Source: Pygmaiobacter sp.
GTDB lineage: Bacteria; Bacillota; Clostridia; Oscillospirales; Ruminococcaceae
Assembly: GCA_028689835.1 (NCBI GenBank)
Contig: JAQVCK010000001.1
Location: forward strand, 3,394 to 67,393
Length of the DNA stretch: 64,000 bases
Reading direction: 5' to 3'
In this document: in pieces, positions 42,678 to 52,664 of the stretch
Layout of the letters: each line of letters starts with the position of its first letter
How positions within the stretch are numbered: position 1 is the first letter of the stretch
Position numbers and translations under genes: made by a program
Notes under the pieces: model-generated
What the model saw: only the letters and a program-made list of their open reading frames with translations
Database searches by the model: none
Told to the model about the DNA's origin: nothing

Positions 42678-43262
42678 CTACAGCGGCTGGTAAAACAGCC
42701 CGTGCTGTGTGCAGTACCACAGCAACAGCCCGTGCCCGTACCGGTGAATGCGCTGCTGCAAATTCCATTCGGGGTACTGCTTATACACCGCAATGCTGCC
42801 ACCGGTGGCGAAGGCGATAAACGAAATGTAGTGCTGTTTTTCCATCGGGTGCTCGCTGGTGATAAACCAGTCGTCCTCGGTCAACTCCACCGCCAGCCGC
42901 TCGCCCTCCCCTGTCTTTTGTGGGGTTTGTGCCGCCAGTTTTTTGCCGCAGCAACTCACCTCGGCATTGCCGGTGCACAGCGAAATGTTGTGGCAGGTGG
43001 GGCAAACGTAGTATTTGGTGTTTTTCATGTTCCCTCCCACAAAATCATTGGGCGCAAGTGTGCCGTTAATCAGGCTTTGGGCGTCAACCCCCAGCAGGTC
43101 GGAGATGGCCGGTATCATCGAAATATCCGGGCAGCCTGCGCCGCGTTCCCACTTTGAAACGGCCTTGTCGCTGACATGCAGCAGGTCGGCTAACTGTTTT
43201 TGGGTTAAATTGCGTTCTACCCGCAGTGCACGAATAATCGCGCCGACACCTTCGTTTAACAA
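42678..43262 (-). CDS. XRE-family HTH regulator fused to a desulfoferrodoxin/superoxide-reductase-like domain
   Basis: LTQKQLADLLHVSDKAVSKWERG HTH; CPTC-x13-CC; HPMEKQHYI; YCTQHG. Confidence 0.85.
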   Translation of the reverse strand: MLNEGVGAIIRALRVERNLTQKQLADLLHVSDKAVSKWERGAGCPDISMIPAISDLLGVDAQSLINGTLAPNDFVGGNMKNTKYYVCPTCHNISLCTGNAEVSCCGKKLAAQTPQKTGEGERLAVELTEDDWFITSEHPMEKQHYISFIAFATGGSIAVYKQYPEWNLQQRIHRYGHGLLLWYCTQHGLFYQPL

Positions 43263-43332
43263 GGCGCAGCCCCCCTTTCTACCACCATTGTAGCGAAAAA
43301 GGGGCCTTTTTGCAATCTACGCTGCGTCGAGT

Positions 43333-43602
43333 TTAATCCGCGGTTCGCCAATAGCGGCTGCCGTTTGAGGTGCGGCATAAAAAGCCTTCGTCCACCAGCT
43401 CGCGGCGCAGCACAAAATAATCGCCAAAGGTATGCCAGTCATCGCAAATGGCGTTCACCTGTTTTTCGGTATAGTCTTGCCCCGGCACAAATTTTTCGGC
43501 CAGCAATGCCAGCAAGGCGCGGCGCACCGTGTGCTTTTGCGGCAGGCCGGTCAACCGGCCCTCGGCATCTAAAAATGCCGCAACGGGGTCTTTGCTTGTC
43601 AT
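43333..43602 (-). CDS. DUF2087 domain protein
   Basis: FLDAEGRLTGLPQK, YTEKQVN, DYFVLRRELVDEGFL-x-R...GSRYW. Confidence 0.85.
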   Translation of the reverse strand: MTSKDPVAAFLDAEGRLTGLPQKHTVRRALLALLAEKFVPGQDYTEKQVNAICDDWHTFGDYFVLRRELVDEGFLCRTSNGSRYWRTAD

Positions 43603-43943
43603 ACGGGTTCACCCCCCGCCAGCTTTTCGGCCCACAACTCGCGCAGCACGGCAATATCGTCCGCAAACTCACGCTCGGTCTGTGTTTCTTTTTGCTCCAG
43701 CTCTTCCAGCACTTCTAACGTAAAAGAGGCGGGGCCGTACTGGTCCCACGCGGGGCGCATGTCGGGCTCTGGGCAACTGCCGATATTACAGGCAAAGCTA
43801 AGCCGGTTTTTTACCCCCTGCAACTCGGTTGTAGCGCGTAGCCATGACTTGCCTGCGGGTGCGCAGCAAATGCGGTCTACCCCGCCGCGCAATAGCTGTG
43901 CTTTGTATTGCTGGCGCAGTTTTCGTTTTAGGGCGGCATCCAT
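43599..43943 (-). CDS. GIY-YIG-like small protein
   Basis: GGVDRI...NRLSF...MRPAWDQYGPASFTLEVLEEL...L-x2-L-x2-W; ATGA-type overlap with the DUF2087 gene. Confidence 0.7.
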   Translation of the reverse strand: MDAALKRKLRQQYKAQLLRGGVDRICCAPAGKSWLRATTELQGVKNRLSFACNIGSCPEPDMRPAWDQYGPASFTLEVLEELEQKETQTEREFADDIAVLRELWAEKLAGGEPV

Positions 43944-44145
43944 GTTTCTTCACCTGCTTTTTGTTTTTTGCGGGGGTTTGCCCCGCCCTAAAGCATACCG
44001 CACGGCGGGGTAAGGCACAACCGACGCAGCGTAGAGAGGGCGCACAAAAATTTTTGTACCGCTGCCAAATGATTGTAAAAATTACCAAAAAACTGGTATA
44101 CTAAAACTAAGCGCCGGGGGCGGCCCCGGCAATAAGGGTAAGGGT

Positions 44146-46497
44146 GTGGTGCGGTTGAAAAAAAGCAAATGGGTGCTGTTTTTGCCGGTGTTAGCCCTGC
44201 TGGTTGTGTTGCTGGGCACGCCGGTACAGGCGGCCGGTGCGCCGCGCGCAGTACTAAGCGCAAAAGACGGTGTAGTGCGCATTTTTGGCGAAGTAGATGG
44301 GGACCTTGTCAGTGGCAGTGGCTTTTTAATTTCAAATGACGAGGCGGGTGCGTTGGTAATTACCAACTACCATGTGGTACAGGGTACCAGCAATATGGCG
44401 CTGTATTACGACGGCAACGGCCCGGTTGGCCTTGTAGTAGTAGCCGTGTCGGAAGGGCAGGACCTTTGCCTGCTGCAAACGCCAGAAGCACTGCCGGGCA
44501 TGGCCCCGCTGGCACTGGCGGATACGGTAGAAATTGGCGAAGCCGTGTACGCCCTGGGTTACCCCGGCGGCAGCGATGTGTTTAGCAGTGATTTGGCATT
44601 GACTAAGGATAGAATGGCACTGACCAGTGGACTTGTCAGCGCGCTGACCGACACCAATTTACTGGGAGACCAAAGCCAGCCGGTGCAATTGGTACAAACC
44701 AACGCCGATATCAACCACGGCAACTCTGGCGGGCCATTGCTCAACGAGCAGGGGCAGGTAATCGGGGTCAACACATTGGCGCTGAACGATTTTGGCATTA
44801 CCGGGGTCAATGCGGCCATTCATGTGGATGAGTTGCAGGGCTTTTTGCATGCGCAGGGCATAGACGTTGGGGGCGGCATCACCAACAACATGCTGCTTTG
44901 GGCGGTGGTGGTGCTGGCGGTGCTGATACTCGCGATGCTGGTGCTTGTTTTCTTTTTAATACGAAACGAAAAAAAGGCCACCGCAAGGGCCGCCGCACCG
45001 CAAGCGGTCCCCCCCGGAGCGGCAATGCCGGTGCAAACACCGGCTCCGCCCATGGCCCCGGCCCAGCAAGCGGCGACGAGCGGGCAACCGCAGGGCCCAA
45101 AAGCAGCATGGGCCGCGTCTGACACCCCCGCCGCCCCCGAAGTGCCGGCCCCGGTGCCGCCGCAAGCAACCACGGCACAGCCTGTGTCACCGGCCCCAAC
45201 GTTTGTTGCCCCACAAGAGGTGGACGAGGGGCAACCGCAGGGCGGGCAAGCCCCTTCTTTGCAGGCAGCAACATCGGCCTACCCCGCACCTGCGGCAGGG
45301 CCGGTACCCCTGCCGCCAGTAGAACCCCCTGCGGCCCAGCAGGCGGCAAATAACGGGCAGCCGCAGGGCCAGCAATCCGGCTTTGGGGGCACGGGTATTC
45401 CGGCGGCCGTGGCACCGGTGTACACCCCGACAGTGTCGGCCCCGGTGCCACCGGGGATATCCCCGGTATCGGCGGCAAACCCGGTTGGGCCGGCACAGGC
45501 AAAAAACCAGGTGGTGCAACCGATAAAACCATACCCCATGCCACCACAGGGCAGCGCACCGCCGCCACCGGTGTGGCCCGCGGGCAATGCCGCACAGCCC
45601 GCTGCCCCGCGGCCCCAAAAGAAAATTTACCTTTGGCTCATTGCTGCGGCACTTGCACTGTGCCTGCTGGTAGTGGTTGGCATTGCATCTGTATGGGGTA
45701 TCAGCACGTTTCGTCGTGTTGTCAGCCAAGTTGATACCGCTGTGGCGGCAGATGATTATGCTTCGGTAGTTGAGTTGTATGACCAAAACCCATGGCTGAG
45801 TACGGTGCGGGACAAAGCAGAAGAGCAGTACAGCGCCGGCATGCTACTGCTCCTTCAGGGTAAGTATGATGAGGGGTTGCAAAAGCTGCAAGGGCTAAAT
45901 GGGTACGCCGATTCAGAAAAGGCGGCAAGTTATGTGCAGGCGGCCAATAAAACTTCCCCGAATGCGCAGTACGAAGAATTTACAAAGCTGGGCGATTATT
46001 TAGACAGCAAGCAGCGTGCGGCGCAAGCCGAAAAAGAATCTTACGACACGGCGCTGCAATACCTGAACGAAGGGGAATTTTTTAAAGCGTCTGCTTTCCT
46101 TCAAAATCTACCGGCAGAGTATCAGAACGTTTCTTCTTACCGGGCACTCATCAAAGACTGGAATGAAATGGACGATGCGCAGAGCTGCTACAATGTTGCA
46201 AAACAATGTTATGATTTTGGCTTTGATCTGCCGGTTAACGTAGAACGGGATTTTCTACCTGAATTTATAATAGGGTATTGGATAGAACAAAACGGATGGC
46301 AGTATTTCAAGGTAGATGATGAGGCTTGGGGTACCAACCTTGAGTTTGAGGGCTACTACCAGACGCTCTATTTCCATAATGGGGGGCTTTATGACAGCAA
46401 CCGGGGCGTAACCCCAGTTATTCAAATCGATATCATCAACTACCGCGAGATCGTAATGCGTTACTGGGGCTACACAAAGCACCTGTATCGTGTTTGA
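44146..46497 (+). CDS. Trypsin-like serine protease with a Pro/Ala/Gln-rich linker and a C-terminal helical-repeat domain
   Basis: Signal peptide; TNYHVV, DLCLL, GNSGGP triad; TM; low-complexity linker; second TM; GY-x-DS / DYLDS helical repeats. Confidence 0.85.
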   Translation: MVRLKKSKWVLFLPVLALLVVLLGTPVQAAGAPRAVLSAKDGVVRIFGEVDGDLVSGSGFLISNDEAGALVITNYHVVQGTSNMALYYDGNGPVGLVVVAVSEGQDLCLLQTPEALPGMAPLALADTVEIGEAVYALGYPGGSDVFSSDLALTKDRMALTSGLVSALTDTNLLGDQSQPVQLVQTNADINHGNSGGPLLNEQGQVIGVNTLALNDFGITGVNAAIHVDELQGFLHAQGIDVGGGITNNMLLWAVVVLAVLILAMLVLVFFLIRNEKKATARAAAPQAVPPGAAMPVQTPAPPMAPAQQAATSGQPQGPKAAWAASDTPAAPEVPAPVPPQATTAQPVSPAPTFVAPQEVDEGQPQGGQAPSLQAATSAYPAPAAGPVPLPPVEPPAAQQAANNGQPQGQQSGFGGTGIPAAVAPVYTPTVSAPVPPGISPVSAANPVGPAQAKNQVVQPIKPYPMPPQGSAPPPPVWPAGNAAQPAAPRPQKKIYLWLIAAALALCLLVVVGIASVWGISTFRRVVSQVDTAVAADDYASVVELYDQNPWLSTVRDKAEEQYSAGMLLLLQGKYDEGLQKLQGLNGYADSEKAASYVQAANKTSPNAQYEEFTKLGDYLDSKQRAAQAEKESYDTALQYLNEGEFFKASAFLQNLPAEYQNVSSYRALIKDWNEMDDAQSCYNVAKQCYDFGFDLPVNVERDFLPEFIIGYWIEQNGWQYFKVDDEAWGTNLEFEGYYQTLYFHNGGLYDSNRGVTPVIQIDIINYREIVMRYWGYTKHLYRV

Positions 46498-46510
46498 CCG
46501 TGACAAGTAC

Positions 46511-46560
46511 CCAACAAGAAAGCCAGCCACAACAGTTGTTGCGGCTGGCTTTCTTGTTGG
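46511..46560. terminator. Bidirectional terminator between the two protease genes
   Basis: 23-bp near-perfect inverted repeat CCAACAAGAAAGCCAGCCACAAC / GTTGCGGCTGGCTTTCTTGTTGG. Confidence 0.8.
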
Positions 46561-46566
46561 GCGTGG

Positions 46567-47940
46567 TCAGTTATTGGTGGTCATTTCATGCAGCTTTGCA
46601 TTAATTTCCACGGTTTGGCCGGTGCCCTTTAAAATGGTCAGTTTAATGGTATCGCCCGGTTTGTAATTTTCCAGCTCTTTTAATAGGTCACTGTTCGTGA
46701 CCAGTTTCACATCGCCGGCGGTCAAAATCACGTCGCCGCGGGTGATGCCCTGCGCGTACAGGTCGCTATCGGCGCTAATCTGGGTGATGTACAGCCCTTG
46801 GCTGGGCAGGCCCATCATCGTGCCGTTTGTGCCGTTCAGCGCGACGACGGTCACCCCAAGCGCCACACGGTCTTTTACATAGCCGTAGTTGATCAGATTG
46901 TCAATGATGGGCTTTGCGTCGTTGATGGGGATGGCGAAGCCCATCGAATCAATTTCAGAGCTTGCAATTTTAGAGGAGTTGATGCCGATGACCTGACCGT
47001 ACTGGTTTAGCAGTGCGCCGCCGGAGTTACCGGGGTTGATGGCGGCATCAGTCTGGATGAGTTTCAGCGAAATGTTGGTCGAAACCTCACGGTCAAGGCC
47101 GGACACAATGCCCTTGGTCACACTGTTATAGTAGCCGCCGGCGTTGCCAATGGCAACCACGTCGTTGCCCAGTTGCAGCTGCGACGAATCGCCAAATTCG
47201 GCCGGGGTCAGGGTCAGGCCGTTCGGGTCAATCTTCACGACCGCAAGGTCGGTACGGGTGTCATAACCGACAACTGTGGCATTTTTTTCGGTGCCGTCAG
47301 ACAGTACCACCGTCACGGTGTACCCGTCGGACACGACATGTGCGTTGGTGATGATGTAGCCGTTTTTGTCCAAAACAATGCCGGATGCTTCACCAATTTT
47401 TTCGACCTGCTGCGGCGAGTACAGGTTGATGCCCACCACACTGCCGGATGCCTTTTGGGCAATTTGCGTCGTGGTCATGGTGCCATCTGCACCCACGGTG
47501 CCGGTTTCGGCTTTCGGCGAAGGGTTGATGACAAGATGCTCGGGCTGCGCCTGGCTGCTGGAGGCTGCGTTGCCAACGGAAAAGTGCTGCACCAGCATCC
47601 CGCCCGCCACCATCGAAAGCGCGATGACGGCCACCATGCCCACCGAGATCAGCACGGCGACAAGTGCGAGCTTCTTTTTTTTCTTGGGGGGCTTTTGCGG
47701 CGGCACCGCGTTGTAGTGAAATTCGGGGATTGACCCGCTGCCGTGCTCTGCCTGATACGAGTTGCTGCCGTAAGAAAAATCACCGGCAGCGGATGAAGGT
47801 TGGCGGTCTTCGCCAAAGTTGCCCTGCGCACCGGAGTAATGATAGCTGGAATCCGCCCCGGAACTGCCGGTTTCGGGCGGGTCGCCCGCGGCCGTTTTGC
47901 GCTGATCGGATGAAGTATAATCGTTATTAAAATCGGTCAT
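46567..47940 (-). CDS. htrA: HtrA/DegP-family membrane serine protease with PDZ
   Basis: TM anchor, TNAHVV, DLAVV, IQTDAAINPGNSGGAL, C-terminal PDZ. Confidence 0.92.
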   Translation of the reverse strand: MTDFNNDYTSSDQRKTAAGDPPETGSSGADSSYHYSGAQGNFGEDRQPSSAAGDFSYGSNSYQAEHGSGSIPEFHYNAVPPQKPPKKKKKLALVAVLISVGMVAVIALSMVAGGMLVQHFSVGNAASSSQAQPEHLVINPSPKAETGTVGADGTMTTTQIAQKASGSVVGINLYSPQQVEKIGEASGIVLDKNGYIITNAHVVSDGYTVTVVLSDGTEKNATVVGYDTRTDLAVVKIDPNGLTLTPAEFGDSSQLQLGNDVVAIGNAGGYYNSVTKGIVSGLDREVSTNISLKLIQTDAAINPGNSGGALLNQYGQVIGINSSKIASSEIDSMGFAIPINDAKPIIDNLINYGYVKDRVALGVTVVALNGTNGTMMGLPSQGLYITQISADSDLYAQGITRGDVILTAGDVKLVTNSDLLKELENYKPGDTIKLTILKGTGQTVEINAKLHEMTTNN

Positions 47941-48100
47941 AACCAGACACCTCTTTATGATAGAATATCGGTCAAAGAGCGCTCCCTTTCGGGACCGGGG
48001 CTACCCGGCCGATGGGCACTGTCCTTTTCACAATTTCAGTGTATCGTTGAATTGTGAAAAAAGTTTGTCCAAATAGTAGGTAATTTGTTGAGACGCGTTC

Positions 48101-49585
48101 TTATTTATTGCCACCTTGCCCCCCGCGGGACGCAGTGCGCCGCTCGGGTGGTTTGGGCTTGGCACATGGCAGGGTAAACAAAAAGGTTGCATCCTGCCCG
48201 GGGGTGCTTTCGGCCCAGATCTTGCCGCCAGAACGGCCAATCAGCTGTTTGCAGATATGCAGCCCCAGGCCGCTGCCCTCGGCATGCAGCCCCCGGCTTT
48301 TATCGGCCTTGTAAAAACGGTCAAACACATAGGCCAGCGTATCGGCGGGGATGCCCTCGCCGGTGTTGCGGATGGCCACGGTCACAAAGCCCAGTTTGAT
48401 GTTTTCGGTGACCGAAATATCAATGGTACCGCCGTCCGGCGTAAATTTCAGTGCATTGTCCACAATGTTGTACAGCACTTGATGCACAAGGTCGGGGTCG
48501 GCATGCACCAGCACCTTGACGGGGTTAAAGCCGGTCAACCGGATGGCGTGTTCAATAAACTGCTGTTCGCGCGAAAACAAAATTGTGCTCACGGTCTCCC
48601 ACACGTCGTAATCCACCGCGCTCACCACATATTCGCCGGTCTCCAGCTTTGTGATGTCCAGCATACTGTGGGTCAGCCGGGTCAGGCGGCCCACCTCCTG
48701 CGAGACGATTTGCAGGTAATGGTCGCGCCGGTCATCGGGGATCGTGCCGTCCAGCATGCCGTCCACAAAGCCCTTGATGGTCGTCATGGGGGTGCGCAGC
48801 TCGTGGGCGATGTTGCCCATAAAGCTTTGGCGTGATGCGTCCACCGCCTCCAGTTTGTCGGCCATGTCGTTAAAGGTCACGGCAAGCTGTGCAATCTCAT
48901 CGTCGCCGCCCACCGGGGCACGGGCGGTCACATCGCCGTCACCAAACGCACTGGCAGCCGCCGTGATGCGCCGCAGCGGGTTTGCAAGGCGCCCGGTCAG
49001 CACGATGGAAATAATGCTGGACAAGAGCAGCATCACGCCCGCAGACAAAATGAAAGCAGAAAACATGCTTTCTAAAAAGGCAGTCAGCGACTCGGCGTCG
49101 CGCGAGGCGAACACATAGCCGATGACCTGATGGTTGCTGTTGATCAGCGGGCACCCGGCAGAATAATAGCTGTGGTCGTAAATGCCGGATAGCTCGCCCA
49201 GCTCGGCATATTCGCCGTCTGAAAACGCGCGGTTGAGTATTTTGGTGCTCACCGTCTGGCTGTCGTTCACCACCCCTGTGGTGTCGGAGGTGTACAGCAC
49301 ACTGCCGTAGTTATCGGTCAGCAAAAAAATGCTGCCGGTTGCGTTGGCGACCACCCCAACCGCCTGAGAGACCGTTGCCTCAGAGCGCAGCTTATCCAGC
49401 TTTTCAACCGAAAAGGTCGAAAAGTTATCCCGCAAGCTGCGCACACTGGTCAGCAGTGTTTTTTCACTTTCCGCGCGAAAATACCCCACGCAAAAATACA
49501 TCAGTATCACACCCAAAAATGTGATGCTGGTCACTAAAAGAAACGCGGTCGTGCGAAAATAGCGTGAGCTGATGCTCTTGTTCAT
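48101..49585 (-). CDS. Sensor histidine kinase (2 TM, HAMP, HisKA, HATPase)
   Basis: DEIAQLA..FN HAMP, IAHELRTP, NIVDNALKF, FDRFYKADKSR, GSGLGL. Confidence 0.95.
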   Translation of the reverse strand: MNKSISSRYFRTTAFLLVTSITFLGVILMYFCVGYFRAESEKTLLTSVRSLRDNFSTFSVEKLDKLRSEATVSQAVGVVANATGSIFLLTDNYGSVLYTSDTTGVVNDSQTVSTKILNRAFSDGEYAELGELSGIYDHSYYSAGCPLINSNHQVIGYVFASRDAESLTAFLESMFSAFILSAGVMLLLSSIISIVLTGRLANPLRRITAAASAFGDGDVTARAPVGGDDEIAQLAVTFNDMADKLEAVDASRQSFMGNIAHELRTPMTTIKGFVDGMLDGTIPDDRRDHYLQIVSQEVGRLTRLTHSMLDITKLETGEYVVSAVDYDVWETVSTILFSREQQFIEHAIRLTGFNPVKVLVHADPDLVHQVLYNIVDNALKFTPDGGTIDISVTENIKLGFVTVAIRNTGEGIPADTLAYVFDRFYKADKSRGLHAEGSGLGLHICKQLIGRSGGKIWAESTPGQDATFLFTLPCAKPKPPERRTASRGGQGGNK

Positions 49586-50292
49586 GCGTCGTCCTTCACC
49601 TCAAACTTATACCCAACGCCCCACACGGTTTTCAGGCTCCACTGGTCGGATACGCCTTCCAGCTTTTCGCGCAGGCGTTTCACATGCACGTCAATGGTGC
49701 GTGAGTCGCCGTAATATTCAAAGCCCCATACTTCGTCCAGCAGTTGGTCGCGGTTAAACACGCGGTTTGGGTGGCTGGCAAGGTAGTACAGCAATTCCAG
49801 CTCTTTGGGCGGGGCGTCCACCACTTTGCCGCGCACCTTTAATTCGTACCGGGTCAAATCCACACTCAACTGGTCATAGGCAATCAGCTTGTTTTCGGCT
49901 TCGTCTTTGGGGTCGGCACAGCCCGCGCCATAGCGGCGCAGCACGGCCTTGATGCGGGCCACGACCTCTTTGGTGTCAAACGGCTTCACAATATAGTCGT
50001 CGGCGCCCAGCTCCAGCCCCAGCACCTTGTCAAAGGTTTCGCCCTTTGCCGTCAGCATGATAATCGGCGCTTTGGAGGTGGCGCGGATGCGGCGGCACAC
50101 CTCCCAGCCGTCAAACTTGGGCAGCATCACATCCAATAGCGTGAGGTCCGGCTTTTCGGCACTGAATTTTTCAATGACCTGTTCGCCGTCGTAGGCCAAC
50201 ACCGTCTGATACCCCTCTTTTTCCAGGTAAAGCCGCAACAGCTCGCAGATGTTTTTATCATCATCCACAATCAGAATTTTTGTCTTATCCAT
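49582..50292 (-). CDS. OmpR/PhoB-family response regulator
   Basis: ILIVDDD, LLDVMLP, MLTAK, GADDYIVKPF, RTIDVHVKRLREK, TVWGVGYKF. Confidence 0.96.
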   Translation of the reverse strand: MDKTKILIVDDDKNICELLRLYLEKEGYQTVLAYDGEQVIEKFSAEKPDLTLLDVMLPKFDGWEVCRRIRATSKAPIIMLTAKGETFDKVLGLELGADDYIVKPFDTKEVVARIKAVLRRYGAGCADPKDEAENKLIAYDQLSVDLTRYELKVRGKVVDAPPKELELLYYLASHPNRVFNRDQLLDEVWGFEYYGDSRTIDVHVKRLREKLEGVSDQWSLKTVWGVGYKFEVKDDA

Positions 50293-50600
50293 AGGTTGGC
50301 CACACTTTCCGGCCGCAAGGCCATTTTGGTAATATAGTTACCTGCATTATACAATAAAAGTATGAATAAAAAAAGCACGCTGCCCTGCCGGCCCCCCCAA
50401 GGGGCCCCGGCAGGGGCAAAACGGGGGTTTTGTGCAAAGCTGAGGCACAAACCGGGCCCGAAGCCTTGCGGCTTTGGCGCGCACGCATTATAATAAACCT
50501 GTTGATTCATCCCCCAAGGGGCGGCAAAGGGTGCCGCAAATAAAACAAGCAGGGCGCGTGTGCGGCCAAAGCGGCCAGCGCGCGCAGTAGGAGTAACGCC

Positions 50601-51701
50601 ATGAAATTAGGAATTGTCGGGCTGCCCAACGTGGGCAAGTCCACATTATTCAACGCCATCACCAACGCGGGCGCACAGTCTGCGAACTACCCGTTTTGCA
50701 CCATCGAGCCCAACGTGGGCGTCGTGGCGGTGCCGGATGAACGGCTGGACCGCCTTGCCGAGATGTACCACCCCAAAAAGTACACCCCCGCCACCATCGA
50801 GTTTGTGGACATCGCGGGCTTAGTCAAGGGTGCGTCCAAGGGCGAGGGCCTTGGCAACAAGTTCCTCAGCCATATCCGCGAGGTGGACGCCATCATCCAC
50901 GTGGTGCGCAGCTTTGACTCCACCGACATCATCCATGTCGAGGGCAGCGTGGACCCGGCGCGCGACATTGAGACAATCGACACCGAGCTGATTTTGTCCG
51001 ACATTGAAATTGTGGAGCGCCGGTTGGAAAAAACAAAAAAGCTGATGAAGAGCGGCGAAAAGACCCTTGCGGCCGACGCGGCGTTTTTAGAAAAACTGCT
51101 GGCCCATTTGTCGGACGGCAAAAATGCCCGCACCCTGCCGGTAGAAGAGGAAAACGAGCAGGCCCTGTTTGACGACTTGCACCTGATGTCGGCAAAGCCC
51201 ATCATCTATGCGGCCAACTTGTCGGAGGATGATCTGCTGGCGGGCATTGAGGCGAACCCCTATTACCCCGTCGTGCAAAAAATTGCAGAGGGCGAAGGCG
51301 CGGGCTGCATGCCCATCTGTGCCAAGACCGAAGAGGACATTGCGGGCCTGACCCCGGCGGAAAAGCGCGAGTTTTTGGCCGAGCTGGGCTTGCAGATGAG
51401 CGGCCTTGACTCGTTGATCCGCGAGAGCTACAAGCTGCTGGGGCTGATTTCGTTTTTGACGGCGGGCGAGCCCGAAGTGCGCGCCTGGACCATCCGCAAG
51501 GGCACCAAGGCCCCGCAGGCAGCCGGCAAAATCCACACCGATTTTGAGCGCGGGTTCATCCGCGCCGAAATTGTGGCCTTTGACGATTTGATGGCCTGCG
51601 GTAGCCTTGCCGCGGCGAAAGAAAAGGGCCTTGTGCGCAGCGAGGGCAAAGAGTACGTGATGCAGGACGGCGACGTGACGCTGTTCCGCTTTAACGTGTA
51701 A
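50601..51701 (+). CDS. ychF: Ribosome-binding ATPase YchF
   Basis: GIVGLPNVGKSTLFN, NYPFCTIEPN, DIAGLV, GKIHTDFERGFIRAE, EGKEYVMQDGD. Confidence 0.97.
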   Translation: MKLGIVGLPNVGKSTLFNAITNAGAQSANYPFCTIEPNVGVVAVPDERLDRLAEMYHPKKYTPATIEFVDIAGLVKGASKGEGLGNKFLSHIREVDAIIHVVRSFDSTDIIHVEGSVDPARDIETIDTELILSDIEIVERRLEKTKKLMKSGEKTLAADAAFLEKLLAHLSDGKNARTLPVEEENEQALFDDLHLMSAKPIIYAANLSEDDLLAGIEANPYYPVVQKIAEGEGAGCMPICAKTEEDIAGLTPAEKREFLAELGLQMSGLDSLIRESYKLLGLISFLTAGEPEVRAWTIRKGTKAPQAAGKIHTDFERGFIRAEIVAFDDLMACGSLAAAKEKGLVRSEGKEYVMQDGDVTLFRFNV

Positions 51702-51789
51702 AAACCCGCGCACACAAGCCGCCCGCAGGGCGGCAATACAAATAAAACAACGGGCGCGGGCCGATAGCCGCGCCCATGGGGGGAACTGC

Positions 51790-52482
51790 ATGCCGCAGAA
51801 AATAGGGGTTATGGGCGCACTGCCCGACGAAGTAAAGCTGCTTGCCGCCCAGTTGCAGCAAACAGAGACCCGGCGCATCGCCGGGGTAGATTTTATCACC
51901 GGCACCATGGGCGACCGGCAGGTCACCCTGTGCTGCGTGGGCATGGGCAAGGTCAACGCCGCAGCGGCGGCCCAGCTGCTCATCAGCGTGTTTGGCGCAA
52001 AGGCGCTGGTGTTTTCCGGCATTGCCGGCAACATGAGCGGCAAGGTGGGCGTGGGCGACCTTGTCATCAGCGACACGGTGGTCTACCACGATGCCGAGCT
52101 GCCCATGATTGCCCAAAGCTACCCCTATGTCAGCGAATACCACGCCGACCCCGCACTGGTGCGGGCGGCGGTGGCCGCGTGCGAGGGGGCGGGCATCCGG
52201 CACATCGTGGGCAAAATTGCCACCGGTGACCGGTTTGTGGCCGACAGCACACTCAAACAGCAGATCTGGCAGGCCTGCCAGCCCGACTGTGTGGAGATGG
52301 AGGGTGCTGCCGTGGCGCAGGTGGCCGCCAAAAACGACCTGCCGTTTGTGATTTTGCGCACAATGAGCGACGATTGCGACGAGGGCGCGCGCGAAAAGCT
52401 GGTGGTGCAACAGTTTGACATCACCGAGTACTGCCGCACGGCCAGCACGGTCACCGCGGCGGTGCTGCATGCACTTGCGTAA
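51790..52482 (+). CDS. mtnN: 5'-methylthioadenosine/S-adenosylhomocysteine nucleosidase
   Basis: IGVMGALPDE, GMGKVNAA, GIAG, GKIATGDRF, VEMEGAAVAQV, LRTMSD. Confidence 0.92.
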   Translation: MPQKIGVMGALPDEVKLLAAQLQQTETRRIAGVDFITGTMGDRQVTLCCVGMGKVNAAAAAQLLISVFGAKALVFSGIAGNMSGKVGVGDLVISDTVVYHDAELPMIAQSYPYVSEYHADPALVRAAVAACEGAGIRHIVGKIATGDRFVADSTLKQQIWQACQPDCVEMEGAAVAQVAAKNDLPFVILRTMSDDCDEGAREKLVVQQFDITEYCRTASTVTAAVLHALA

Positions 52483-52664
52483 AAGCGCCCGTTTGCCCTT
52501 TTAATGACAGACAAAAGAAAAAATGAATGCCTGCGCCATCCCCGGGTGGCGCACCAAAAGCATTGCGCACCACCCCCCGTCAGGGCTGTGACAGAAGGGG
52601 GGCGGCGGCAATGCTTTTGTCTTATGGGCCCGGTAGGGCACAGCACAAAAAAAGGAGGCTTTTT

